Of a stretch of DNA of 64,000 bases, positions 30,198 to 39,720 are shown one piece after another. The notes below the pieces were generated by a model, which was given only the letters and a program-made list of their open reading frames with translations, was not told the origin of the DNA and made no database searches. The stretch is from an uncultured Acidimicrobiia bacterium (GTDB taxonomy: Bacteria > Actinomycetota > Acidimicrobiia > Spongiisociales > UBA5794): assembly GCA_963708235.1 (NCBI GenBank), contig OY970200.1, positions 3,223,479-3,287,478 of the forward strand, read 5' to 3'. Numbering within the stretch: the first letter of the stretch is position 1; each line of letters starts with the position of its first letter. A program made the position numbers and the translations under genes.

Positions 30198-31074
30198 CCG
30201 CACCTTCACCCAACCCTCTACGGAAACGCAGACGACCATCGCCGGTGGTCGGCGGTGGAACCCGGCGTGGACGGTCCGTGTCCTGCATGTGGCGTTGTGG
30301 GTCGTGGTTGCGTCGGGTCCGGTGCTCGCTGTGGTGGCGCTCGCCGAGACGGCCGGGCTCCGCCAACACATCACCGCGGTGGCGGCGTCGGCCGGTCCGG
30401 CACCTGTCGACACGACCGAGCCGGAGGGCGTCGCCACGGTTGTGGTCGCCGACCATCTCGCCGCTGCGGGGTGGGATGTGGCGGGCACCGCCAGCCTCAG
30501 CGCCGAAGAGATCACTCCCGGCGTGTTCACGGTCACCGTCACCGCCCATGCAACGCCACCGACCACCGAAACCGGCCCCGAGACCGACAGCGGCACCGAC
30601 AGTGCCGTGCCGGTGCCGGTGCGGCTGTTCCTCACCGTTGCGGTGGCGGAGACCGGCGACGGGTGGGTGGCTCTCGGGTCGCCTTCGATCGTGGCGGGTC
30701 CCACCGTCGAGATCCTCACCGACAACCCGCGTGGGGGACGTCTCGACGCCACCGCTGGGTTGGAGGCGGCGGTGGCGGGGTTCCTCGCCGCCTACCTGAC
30801 CGGCGACGGGGACGTGGAGCGCTACACCGCACCCGACACCGCCCTCTCCCAAGTGACGCCGACGCCGTTCACCACCGTCGAGGTCACCCAAGCCGCCGTC
30901 ACCCGCACCGAGGACGGAGCGCTCGTCGTGTCCGTGACCGTTGACGGTGTCACCCCTGCCGGCGCAGTACTCGAGGTGGGGTATCGGCTGGTGGTGGGTG
31001 AGCGTGACGGCCGGTTCGAGATCACCGATCTCGGCCCTGCAATCCAATCGTTCGAACTTGGAGGTTCGTCGTGA
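30184..31074 (+). CDS. hypothetical bitopic membrane protein of the conjugation module (one TM, Thr/Pro-rich linker, extracytoplasmic domain)
   Basis: The TM is WTVRVLHVALWVVVASGPVLAVVALA. It is the first gene of the plus-strand T4SS-like block. Confidence 0.5.
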   Translation: MPVADRTFTQPSTETQTTIAGGRRWNPAWTVRVLHVALWVVVASGPVLAVVALAETAGLRQHITAVAASAGPAPVDTTEPEGVATVVVADHLAAAGWDVAGTASLSAEEITPGVFTVTVTAHATPPTTETGPETDSGTDSAVPVPVRLFLTVAVAETGDGWVALGSPSIVAGPTVEILTDNPRGGRLDATAGLEAAVAGFLAAYLTGDGDVERYTAPDTALSQVTPTPFTTVEVTQAAVTRTEDGALVVSVTVDGVTPAGAVLEVGYRLVVGERDGRFEITDLGPAIQSFELGGSS

Positions 31075-31334
31075 TCGAAACGGCACAATCGCTGGTCGGC
31101 AGGCTCACGTCGGTTGCGATCGGCGCTGCGGTGCTGCTCGCCATCGGGATGATCCTGTGGGTCTGGCTCGTGAAACGCACCGTGTCGGCCGTGGTCGGGG
31201 TCATCATCCTGGCCGCCATCGTCTTGTTCGCCATCAACGCCACCGACTGGCTCCAGGACAAGGTCGCCGAAGACGTCGGCGCCCACCCCGCCACACCCGT
31301 GGTTGTTGAGTTCGAGGTGGGGGTCGTGTCGTGA
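31071..31334 (+). CDS. small two-TM membrane protein (VirB2/TcpD-like by position)
   Basis: 87 aa with two hydrophobic helices. It is translationally coupled to both flanking genes and lies upstream of VirB3-like and VirB4 genes. Confidence 0.45.
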   Translation: MIETAQSLVGRLTSVAIGAAVLLAIGMILWVWLVKRTVSAVVGVIILAAIVLFAINATDWLQDKVAEDVGAHPATPVVVEFEVGVVS

Positions 31335-31768
31335 CCGCCCCCAACGAGCCCGGCACATCAGTGTTCTTGTCATATACCCATGCGTTGCGGCATCCGGTGA
31401 TCATCGGGAAGGTCGCTGGGTGGTCGTTGCCGTGGGCGATGTCCGCCACCCAACTCGGCACCATCGCCGCCACCGCCACCGCACTGCTGATCGCTCGTCC
31501 GGTGTGGGCACACCTCGGCGGGATCGGCAACCTCACCCTGTTCACTGTCGTGGTGGCGGGTTCGGGGTGGGCGGTGCGGCACTGGCGCATCGAGGGCCGC
31601 TCCCCGCTGCGGGTGGCGGCGTCGGTGGCGACGCTTTGGACCAGCCCGTCAGCCCGGTTCGGGGTCCGCAACGGGACACCTGCCGTTCCGCCACGGTCCC
31701 GCCGCAGCCACACCGCCCCGGTAGTGGTCGACGCCCGCTACGACCACCAGGGGGGCCACGGTGGGTAG
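31331..31768 (+). CDS. membrane protein (VirB3/TcpE-like by position immediately upstream of VirB4)
   Basis: 145 aa with two TM helices (LGTIAATATALLIARPVWAHLGG, LTLFTVVVAGSGWAV). Its stop overlaps the VirB4 start. Confidence 0.45.
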   Translation: MTAPNEPGTSVFLSYTHALRHPVIIGKVAGWSLPWAMSATQLGTIAATATALLIARPVWAHLGGIGNLTLFTVVVAGSGWAVRHWRIEGRSPLRVAASVATLWTSPSARFGVRNGTPAVPPRSRRSHTAPVVVDARYDHQGGHGG

Positions 31769-34337
31769 CGAACTGCCGGTGCGGGCACTCACGGGGCATC
31801 TGGTGTGGGCACCGGACGGGTCAGTGTGGGCGTGCTTCCAAGTGGAGCCGTTCGGGTTCCCGCACCGCTCGACACGCGACGCCACCGATATCCATGCCCG
31901 CACTCAAGCTGCGCTCCTGGCCCTACCCGCAGAGGCGCTGGTGCTGTCCATCGGCCGCCGCCTCTCCCCTGCTGAGATCACCGACCGCATCGCCACCGCC
32001 GGTGGAGGCCAGCCGGGGTGGGTGGCGTACGCCCGCCGCGCCGCTGCGACCCCCGCCTACACCCGCATGTGGGTCCTCGCCGTCCAACTCCCCGACCCCG
32101 ACGGGACGCAGGGCTGGATGGACCGGTTGCGTGCCGCCACCAGCGAGGTGGGGGCCGGGGTCGGTGCCGTCCACACGCCCCCCGGTGCACGTCGGGTCAA
32201 GACGGCGTTCGCGGCAGCCCGGGCTGTCGAGGAGGAACTGGCCCGCCACATCACCTTGCGGCCGCTACCGGCGTTGCGGGTGCGGTGGCTGTACGAGCAC
32301 GCCGTCACCCGCGGCCTGATCGACCCGCCCCTCCCCGACCCGACCCCACTCCACCCGACCGGTGACATGCGGCCGGTGGTGGTGCGGCGGTGGGACCGCG
32401 ACACCGTCTACATCGAGGGCGGGACGAAGACCGACCCGGGTCGGCCGCGGCACCGCCGCTACCTCACCGTTGAGCATCCCGACTACGGGACGGCGTACCA
32501 GACGTTCCTGTGCCTGGGCGAGTTGCCGGCAGCGTGGACATTCCCCTACGGATCGGGCGAATGGTTGTGGCACCTCGACGATCAGGTCTCGTTCCCGGTC
32601 GACTGGGCACTGCGCATCACCCGTGTCAGCAACGAAACAGCCCGCCGGCGGGTGCTGCGGGCCCGTCGCAACCTCACCGGGCAACTCGACGAACCCGGAG
32701 GCGACCCCGCCGGGCCGTCGACAACGATCGCCTCGGCAGCCGACGCCGTCGATCACCAACGGGCCCGGCTCGAAGCCAACCCGGCGCTCCCGGCGTTCAA
32801 GGCCACCACCATCGTCGCCGTGGCAGACCGTGACCTCCCGACGTTGGAGCGGAGGGCCTCGCTTGTAGAAACGACGTTCCGGCAGGCCGAATTCAACTTC
32901 TACCGCCCCACCGGTGGCCAGCACGCCGCACACCTGGCAATGTTGCCCGGCAGCCCGATCTCGTCGGTCGTCGGTGAGTATGCCCAGGATCTGTTGCCCG
33001 ACGGGTTGGCGTCGGCGATGCCGTTCGCCGGGTCCGGTGTCGGCGACCCCGACGGGATGCTGCTAGGTGCCTGTCTCGACACCTTGGTGCCGTCACCGGT
33101 GTTCATGGACCCCGCCCATGCGCCACGTGACCTGAACCGGTCCGGTTCCCTGGCAGCGATCGGTGAGCTCGGCGCCGGCAAGAGCTTCCTGGCCAAGACC
33201 CTCGCCTACCGCACCGTGGCGATGGGTGGCCGAGTCGTTGCGGTGGACCGCACCGAGCGCGGCGAGTACGCCGCCCTCGCCGACGTCGCTGCAGGCACAA
33301 GCCAGGTGGTTGAGGTCACCGCCGACGCGCAGGTGTGCCTCGACCCGTTCCAGGTATTCACCACTGACCAGTTGCGGCTCCGCTACGGCGTTGGTTTCCT
33401 CACCCTGCTGACCGCAACACCACCGGGGTCAACAGCCGGTGCCCTGTGTCACCGCGCCGCCCACAGGTGCCTCGAGCACGCCGCCGCCACCGGCGCCACC
33501 CCCCGACTCGTCGATGTCATCGACGCGCTCGCAGCCGAGGGTGCCGGTGGTGAGGAGCTGGCACGCAAGCTCCAAGCAATGTCAGGGATCGCCGAAGCCG
33601 GACTGGTGTTGGGCGACCCGGGACCACCGCTGGACCTGGACGCCGACTACGTGTGCTTCCACCTACCCGGCCTCCGGCTCCCCGCCCGGGGCACCGCACG
33701 CGACGAGCTGCTGCCCGAGGAACTCATCGGCCAAGCCGTGCTCTACCTGGTTGCGGCATTCTCACGCCGCGTCCTGTTCAGCGACCCGCACCGCTTCGCC
33801 GCCCTGCTGTTGGACGAGGCCCATGCCCTCACCACCAACCCCCAAGGTCGCGCCCTCGTGACCGAACTCATCAGAGACGGCCGCAAACACTTCGCAGCGG
33901 TGTGGGGCTTCTCCCAACTCCCCGCCGACTTCACCACCACCGGCGACAGCGGCGAACCCGGCGGGCTCGAAGCGCTCCTCGGATACAGGGTCGCGTTCCG
34001 CCAATCCCGCCACACCGCCGCCGCGGCGCTCACCTTCCTGGGCTCCGACGACCGGGAAGGGAACCTCGACACCGTCACCGGCCTCGGCACGGGTGAATGT
34101 CTGCTGCGCGACCCCACCGGCCGCCTCGGTGTCGTCCGTATCAGCCCACCCGACGACCCAGCCGTCCTTGCGGCGTTCTCCACCACCCCCACCGAGACAC
34201 CCGACGTCGACGCGGTGTGGGAGCCGTGGCCGTCGCTCACCCAACGCGCCGCCAACGGCGACAGACACACCACCAAAGATGGCAACGGCAACGGGCAGAC
34301 GTCGATCTTCGACCACGGACACGAGGTGGAACCATGA
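31761..34337 (+). CDS. VirB4/TrbE/CagE-family type IV secretion ATPase
   Basis: 858 aa. Walker A is GELGAGKSFLAKTL in the C-terminal half and Walker B is ALLLDEAHAL. The size and domain order match VirB4. The GTG start overlaps the upstream stop. Confidence 0.8.
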   Translation: MGSELPVRALTGHLVWAPDGSVWACFQVEPFGFPHRSTRDATDIHARTQAALLALPAEALVLSIGRRLSPAEITDRIATAGGGQPGWVAYARRAAATPAYTRMWVLAVQLPDPDGTQGWMDRLRAATSEVGAGVGAVHTPPGARRVKTAFAAARAVEEELARHITLRPLPALRVRWLYEHAVTRGLIDPPLPDPTPLHPTGDMRPVVVRRWDRDTVYIEGGTKTDPGRPRHRRYLTVEHPDYGTAYQTFLCLGELPAAWTFPYGSGEWLWHLDDQVSFPVDWALRITRVSNETARRRVLRARRNLTGQLDEPGGDPAGPSTTIASAADAVDHQRARLEANPALPAFKATTIVAVADRDLPTLERRASLVETTFRQAEFNFYRPTGGQHAAHLAMLPGSPISSVVGEYAQDLLPDGLASAMPFAGSGVGDPDGMLLGACLDTLVPSPVFMDPAHAPRDLNRSGSLAAIGELGAGKSFLAKTLAYRTVAMGGRVVAVDRTERGEYAALADVAAGTSQVVEVTADAQVCLDPFQVFTTDQLRLRYGVGFLTLLTATPPGSTAGALCHRAAHRCLEHAAATGATPRLVDVIDALAAEGAGGEELARKLQAMSGIAEAGLVLGDPGPPLDLDADYVCFHLPGLRLPARGTARDELLPEELIGQAVLYLVAAFSRRVLFSDPHRFAALLLDEAHALTTNPQGRALVTELIRDGRKHFAAVWGFSQLPADFTTTGDSGEPGGLEALLGYRVAFRQSRHTAAAALTFLGSDDREGNLDTVTGLGTGECLLRDPTGRLGVVRISPPDDPAVLAAFSTTPTETPDVDAVWEPWPSLTQRAANGDRHTTKDGNGNGQTSIFDHGHEVEP

Positions 34338-35823
34338 CCACGAACACCACACCGACAAGCCATCACCGGCAGCGACATCATCGGGGATGGGTGCTCGACG
34401 GGGCGGCGTGGATCGTGACCGCCACCCTCGCCGCGCTGATGGTCTTCGGGGGCGCCGCCTCACCGGCCCTGGCCGCGACCGAGGAACCAGATCCGGACAC
34501 GTCGGGCTTGGGGGGAGAGCTGTATCCGCCGGCGGCGTACACCGTTGACCCGGCTGCGGGGATCTTCCCCGTCGGGAACTACGACATCGGGTGCGCCAAC
34601 TCGGGGATGATCGGCAACGCGGGATGCATGGGCCTGGGGACCATCACCAACCTGGTGTTCTCCCTCGCCAAAGCCCTCGTCACCCTCGCCATCTGGCTCC
34701 TCGAAGCCGCCACCAGCTTCACCCTCGAAGACACCCTGGAAACCGCGGCGGCGTCGGTCGCTGACATCTTGGACACCCGAATCCTCGGACCCACAAGGTT
34801 GTCGCACCTCGGTCTCGTCGTTTCCGCGCTGTACATGGGGTGGCAGTTCCTCCGTGGCCGCTACGGCACCGGCGCCGGCGAATTCGTCGTCTCCCTCCTC
34901 GTGTTTGCGGTGCTGGTGACGGTGACCACGACGGGTGGGTTCGGGGCGGCCGTCAACGGGGCGATGCGTGGCGCCGGTGGCATCTCTGCCGAGATCGTGT
35001 CCCTCGCTGCCGACACGAGAGCCGGGGACACCGTGTCGGGACGGATTGGTGGGGCGTTGATGGCTGGGTTCGTCCGTGACCCGTACGACACCATCAACTG
35101 GGGGAGCTCCTCACGGGCACAGGATGCGAATCGGCTCGGAACCAGGCACTCGCCACAGGGCCTCACGGCACCTCCGACGAACCCCGCACCTTCATGCAGA
35201 ACACCGGGTGCACATCGCAGGCGGCGTTCAACGCCGAAGCCACCGGGAACCGCCTGTCGGGGACGATCCTCTACCTCATCGTCGCCGTCGCCGCGCTGGC
35301 GCTGTTCGTCATCACCGCGTTCACCCTCGTCGTCGCCAAAGGCATGGCCCTGTTCCTCGTCGCCCTCCTCCCCATTGCCCTATACGCCGGTCTCTTCCCC
35401 GGAGCAGGACGCAGCCTCCTGTGGCATTGGGTTTCGGCGCTCATCCGCATCCTCTCGCTCGTGATCGCCCTCGGAGTGTTCCTCGCCCTACTCGTCGCCG
35501 GCCTGTCCGGGCTGTTGGCGATGCCAGGTGGGTTGTGGCAACGGTTCTTGATGGTCGTGTTCTTCATGGCCGTCATGTGGGTCGGCCGCAAACAACTCGT
35601 CGACATGTCCGGCAAGTTCGCCGACTCCACATTCCAACGCCTCGACGCCGCCCGCCTCGGCGGCAGCCACGGCGCCCACTGGATCCGCCCCTATCAGTCC
35701 GGAGGCATCACCGGCCTCGGCGTCACCCACACCGCCCAAGAGACCGTTGCGGAACTCCCCCGACGCCACCACCTCACCGCCGCCGCGACCTGGCGGCGTC
35801 ACAAGACCCCCACCCCGTCATGA
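34334..35823 (+). CDS. polytopic membrane protein, TrbL/VirB6-like by context; frame broken near 35093-35098
   Basis: Frame 1 is clean (signal peptide and TM segments) up to DPYDTINWG at about 35105, then becomes Pro/Ser/Arg junk. A second frame opens at a TGA at about 35080 and reads LGELLTGTGCES...LSGTILYLIVAVAALALFVI... (polytopic) through to 35823. A G5 run (TGGGGGA) at the junction would join the two if it were G6. Confidence 0.5.
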
Positions 35824-37031
35824 CACCCGACCCCCTCACCAACACCATGCGGCACTTGACCGCCAACCGCAGCGACGGGCAGGCAGCGGTGTGGCTAGGG
35901 AGGTGGCGACGCTGGCGGCTCGTCGTCGCTGTCGTCTCCACGATTGGTGTCGGCTGGAGCGCCCTCCTCTTGTTCCTGCTTGTCGTGATCGCCTCGGTGA
36001 TGGCACCGGCCCCTACCCAGGCAACCGCGCACGCCGCTGGCATCCCACCCGTCGTCCTTGCCGCCTACGTCAACGCCGAACGTGAGTCGCCCACCGTCGC
36101 CGAGGGGTGTGAGGTGGCGTGGCCGATCATCGCCGGGATCTGGAGGGTCGAGTCGATCCACGCCACCTACGGTGGCCGCACCGTCACCGACAGCGGCGTC
36201 GTCACCCCACCGCTGTACGGGGTCACGCTGGACGGCTCCACACCCGGCACCCAGATCATTGCCGACACCGACAACGGCGAACTCGACGCCGACGCCTCGT
36301 GGGACCGCGCCGTCGGACCGGCACAGTTCCTGCCCTCGTCGTGGCGAGCCCTCGGCCAAGACGGAAACGGTGACGGAACCGCCGATCCGCAGAACGTGTA
36401 CGACGCCGCCCTCGCCACCGTCGCGCACCTGTGTGTCTGGGCGCCCGGTGACTACACCCACCGTCCCGACCTCGAACGTGCCCTGTTGCGGTACAACAAC
36501 CACCAGGAGTACGTCGACACGGTGATCGGGTGGATCGAGTTCTACGCCGCGTTCGCGGTCACCGACGGGGATGTCACCGCCGACGGCCAGTACGCCTTCC
36601 CGCTCCCCCGAAACTCGGTCACCGTTGACCAGATCCGCCGCAGCCACCACGACTACCCCGCCTGGGACGCCGGTATCCCCGAAGGCACCCCGATCTACGC
36701 CGCGCACCCCGGCACCGTCACCGGCCTTTCGGTTCCGTGCGCGACGTGCCGGTGCGGGTACGGCGTGCACATCGAAGGAGCCGACCGGCACCGCTACACC
36801 TACTGCCACGGCGTATCGATCCCCGACGGCATTGCCACCGGCACCACCGTGGTGGCAGGTCAGCTGATCATGTTGTCCGGGAACACCGGGAACTCCACCG
36901 GACCCCACCTCCACTTCCAGATCCGCAACCCCGCCGGTGACCTCGTCTGCCCTCAACCCCTGCTCGAAGCGTGGTGGAACGGCATCGGGCTCTCCCCCAT
37001 CGCCGCACCCACCAGCGGCTGCACCCACTGA
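35820..37031 (+). CDS. bifunctional cell-wall hydrolase: lytic transglycosylase (SLT) domain plus M23 metallopeptidase domain
   Basis: The SLT-like region is AGIWRVESIHATYGG...WDRAVGPAQFLPSSW. The M23 motifs are HxxxD (PAWDAGIPEGTPIYAAHPG) and GNTGNSTGPHLHFQI. There is an N-terminal TM. This is the typical T4SS peptidoglycan hydrolase. Confidence 0.75.
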   Translation: MTPDPLTNTMRHLTANRSDGQAAVWLGRWRRWRLVVAVVSTIGVGWSALLLFLLVVIASVMAPAPTQATAHAAGIPPVVLAAYVNAERESPTVAEGCEVAWPIIAGIWRVESIHATYGGRTVTDSGVVTPPLYGVTLDGSTPGTQIIADTDNGELDADASWDRAVGPAQFLPSSWRALGQDGNGDGTADPQNVYDAALATVAHLCVWAPGDYTHRPDLERALLRYNNHQEYVDTVIGWIEFYAAFAVTDGDVTADGQYAFPLPRNSVTVDQIRRSHHDYPAWDAGIPEGTPIYAAHPGTVTGLSVPCATCRCGYGVHIEGADRHRYTYCHGVSIPDGIATGTTVVAGQLIMLSGNTGNSTGPHLHFQIRNPAGDLVCPQPLLEAWWNGIGLSPIAAPTSGCTH

Positions 37032-37046
37032 AAGGAACCTCCGTAC

Positions 37047-37404
37047 ATGGCTGACCCCCCTGTCGATCCCAAGGAGCTGCCTCACCCGCGAACGGCTCCT
37101 CAAAGCGCTCGGCACCGCCCGCAGCAACCTGTTCACCCCGACGGATCGCCAATCGGTACGGCACCAGGCAGCGCACCCCGACCTGGCCCTCACCGACACC
37201 GAACGCGATGTCATCTCCCGCGCACTTGTCGCCTCACCCCGGCTCCTATCCGGGTTCGCCCACCGGACACTGGAACGCTACGACGACCTGTGCGCCGGGG
37301 ACCGGGCCGAAGCGCTCGACCTGTTCGCCGACATCGTCCACCACCCCCTCTTCTACGAACGCGGTCTCATCCTGCGCCCACCTCGACGCGAGATTGAACG
37401 ATGA
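37047..37404 (+). CDS. small hypothetical protein; apparent 1-nt frameshift in a C6 run at about 37055-37060
   Basis: An ATG with an AAAGGAA RBS lies at 37047, but from the C6 run onward the high-GC3 frame is the +1 frame (…LTPLSIPRSCLTRERLLKALGTARSNLF...YERGLILRPPRREIER), which ends with an ATGA overlap into the next gene. Five C's would give MADPLSIPRSC... in one frame. Confidence 0.45.
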
Positions 37405-37865
37405 GCACCTGTCGAGGCTGTGACGCTCGCTGGGCGACAACGCCGCAAGGATTCTGTGTCCCGTGCCAGGACGACCTGCGGTTCATCACCCGCCCCGTCG
37501 CGCACCGCGAACAGTGGCGGCGCGCCATCGCTGGCGGATCGTCGTTCTACCAGGAGATGGCTCAGCGCGGAGTGATCGTCGTCACCGACGCCCCCGCCGA
37601 CAACGCCGAGTGGATCTGCGACTTCTGCAACGACCAGATCCCCATCACAGCCGAACACACCCTGATCCCCCTGATCGGGAGCTACGCCCTCTGCACACCG
37701 TGTGTCACCCGGTTCGACTACTGGCCCGACGCCTGGACCCACCCCGCACCCCGAGCCTGCCTCTGCGACGCATGCCAACTCCCCCTCCAACGACTCGCCC
37801 TCCGCGACCGCATCCACCAACAAGAGCGCTACCAGTCTGAACGTGGTCAGGGACTGGAACGGTGA
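37401..37865 (+). CDS. Cys-rich zinc-ribbon-like hypothetical protein (CRGC, CVPC, CDFC, CTPC, CLCDAC)
   Basis: 154 aa with five CxxC-type pairs. It is translationally coupled between the preceding small gene and VirD4. Confidence 0.5.
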   Translation: MSTCRGCDARWATTPQGFCVPCQDDLRFITRPVAHREQWRRAIAGGSSFYQEMAQRGVIVVTDAPADNAEWICDFCNDQIPITAEHTLIPLIGSYALCTPCVTRFDYWPDAWTHPAPRACLCDACQLPLQRLALRDRIHQQERYQSERGQGLER

Positions 37866-39541
37866 CCGGACCCGCCGCGCCGGGCATCGACGCCGACAAG
37901 GCACTCACCATCGTCGCCGGTGTAGTTGCCGCAGCATGCCTGCTGGTGTGGGCCGCGACGCAGGTCACGGTCCGGTTCGCCAGCGGCGAATGGCATGACA
38001 CGCCGCTCGTCGAGGCACCACGCCTCGCCCTCCACGTCATCCTCTACCCGGACCAGCCCGCCGCCCATGATGTGGTCGAGCCGACCGTGTTCTACGCCAC
38101 GCTGGCGGTCCTCGCCGTCGTGACCTGCGCCGTCTGTGCCGTGGTGTGGCGTGCCGTACGCGACCGGGCACGAAACGACGACGGTGACGACGCCCGGTGG
38201 GCCAAGCCCCGCGACCTCAAACCCCTTCTGGTCCGGCGACCCCAGCCAGGGCGACTCACGCTCGGGACGGTCGAGCGCCGGTTGATCGCCACCGAACAGC
38301 AGCATTCGGTGTGCATCATCGGACCCACCGGCACCGGCAAGACCACCGGGTTCGCCATCCCCGCAATCTCCGAATGGGACGGACCGGTCGTCGCTACCAC
38401 CATCAAAGGCGACCTCCTCCAACCCACCATGGAGCGCCGCTCCCACCAGGGCAACGTGTGGGTCTACGACCCCACCGCAGTCACCGGCCGACCCGCCACA
38501 GGATGGTCACCCCTCGACGCCTGTCATGACTGGCAAGGAGCGCTCCGAATGGGAGCGTGGCTCGTGTCCACCGCCCGGGCCGGCGACCGCGGCGGGCTAC
38601 AAGACGCCGACTTCTGGTACGCCGTCGCTCAAAAACTTCTCGCCCCACTGTTGTACGGCGCCGCCGTGTCCGGCAAGACCATGCGCGACGTGGTCCGCTG
38701 GGTCGACCTCCAAGACGAAACGGAACCGCTCCAGGCGCTGTTCACCACCGGTGAAGCCGACCCGATCCAGGCGTTCAACGCCACCGAGAACCGCGAGGAA
38801 CGCACCCGATCCTCCGCCTACACCACCGCCGAGACGGTGTTGGCTGCGTTCGCTGACCCCGGTGTCCTCGACGCCACCACCAACCCCACCAGGATCACAC
38901 CCGCACAGCTCCTCGACGGCGGGAACCACACCCTCTACGTGTGCGGCCCGCTCGATGAGCAGGCCCGCCTCCGACCCCTCTACACCGCCCTCATCGAAGA
39001 GATGATCTCCGCCATCTACCGCCGCGCCGCACGCCCCGACACCATGCTCACCAAACCGCTCCTCTTGGTCCTCGACGAAGCCGCCAACATCGCACCCCTC
39101 CCCGACCTCGCCCAACTCGCCGCCACCGCCCGCGGCGTCGGAATCCAACTCGTCACCGTATGGCAAGACTTCGCACAGATCCAGGCTCGGTACGGGACGT
39201 TCGCCCCGACCGTGATCAACAACCACCGCGCCAAGGTCGTCCTCTCCGGTGTCTCCGACCCCCCAACTTTGGACTATGTCACACGCCTGATCGGAGACGA
39301 ACGCGTCACCGAGACCTCGATCGCACGGGAAGGCGGCGGCTCGGTGCGCTCCACCACCGAATCCACCCGGCAACGGCCACTCGCCTCCATCGGAGCACTA
39401 CGACAAGCCCCCATCGGAACCGGCGTGCTCGTGTACGGCAACCTCCACCCCGCCCGCATCAAGCTACGCCGACCCCGCCAGCGCATCCCACGACACACGG
39501 ATACCGCCAGACAGCCCGACCTGTTCACGAACCAGATCTAG
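37862..39541 (+). CDS. type IV secretion coupling protein (VirD4/TraG/TraD family)
   Basis: Two N-terminal TM helices, Walker A SVCIIGPTGTGKTT and Walker B LLLVLDEAANI. 559 aa. Confidence 0.8.
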   Translation: MTGPAAPGIDADKALTIVAGVVAAACLLVWAATQVTVRFASGEWHDTPLVEAPRLALHVILYPDQPAAHDVVEPTVFYATLAVLAVVTCAVCAVVWRAVRDRARNDDGDDARWAKPRDLKPLLVRRPQPGRLTLGTVERRLIATEQQHSVCIIGPTGTGKTTGFAIPAISEWDGPVVATTIKGDLLQPTMERRSHQGNVWVYDPTAVTGRPATGWSPLDACHDWQGALRMGAWLVSTARAGDRGGLQDADFWYAVAQKLLAPLLYGAAVSGKTMRDVVRWVDLQDETEPLQALFTTGEADPIQAFNATENREERTRSSAYTTAETVLAAFADPGVLDATTNPTRITPAQLLDGGNHTLYVCGPLDEQARLRPLYTALIEEMISAIYRRAARPDTMLTKPLLLVLDEAANIAPLPDLAQLAATARGVGIQLVTVWQDFAQIQARYGTFAPTVINNHRAKVVLSGVSDPPTLDYVTRLIGDERVTETSIAREGGGSVRSTTESTRQRPLASIGALRQAPIGTGVLVYGNLHPARIKLRRPRQRIPRHTDTARQPDLFTNQI

Positions 39542-39688
39542 AGCCGACGCTGGTGAAGCTGCACCTGGTGTTCAGCGACATCGACCCGCCACCCAGACCG
39601 GTGGAACGTCTACGACGACCTTCACCACCTCCTAGTCCCCCGCGGTCCCCCTGATCCGGTTTCATCCATGAGGCCCCGGGAGGCGGGG

Positions 39689-39714
39689 CTGACCGCGACC
39701 GGCGCGCCGGTCAG
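39689..39714. terminator. GC-rich palindrome (contains the perfect 14-nt palindrome ACCGGCGCGCCGGT) between the convergent VirD4 and defence operons
   Basis: CTGACCGCGACCGGCGCGCCGGTCAG lies in the 180-bp gap between the convergent genes and could act as a bidirectional terminator. Confidence 0.45.
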
Positions 39715-39720
39715 AAGGGC

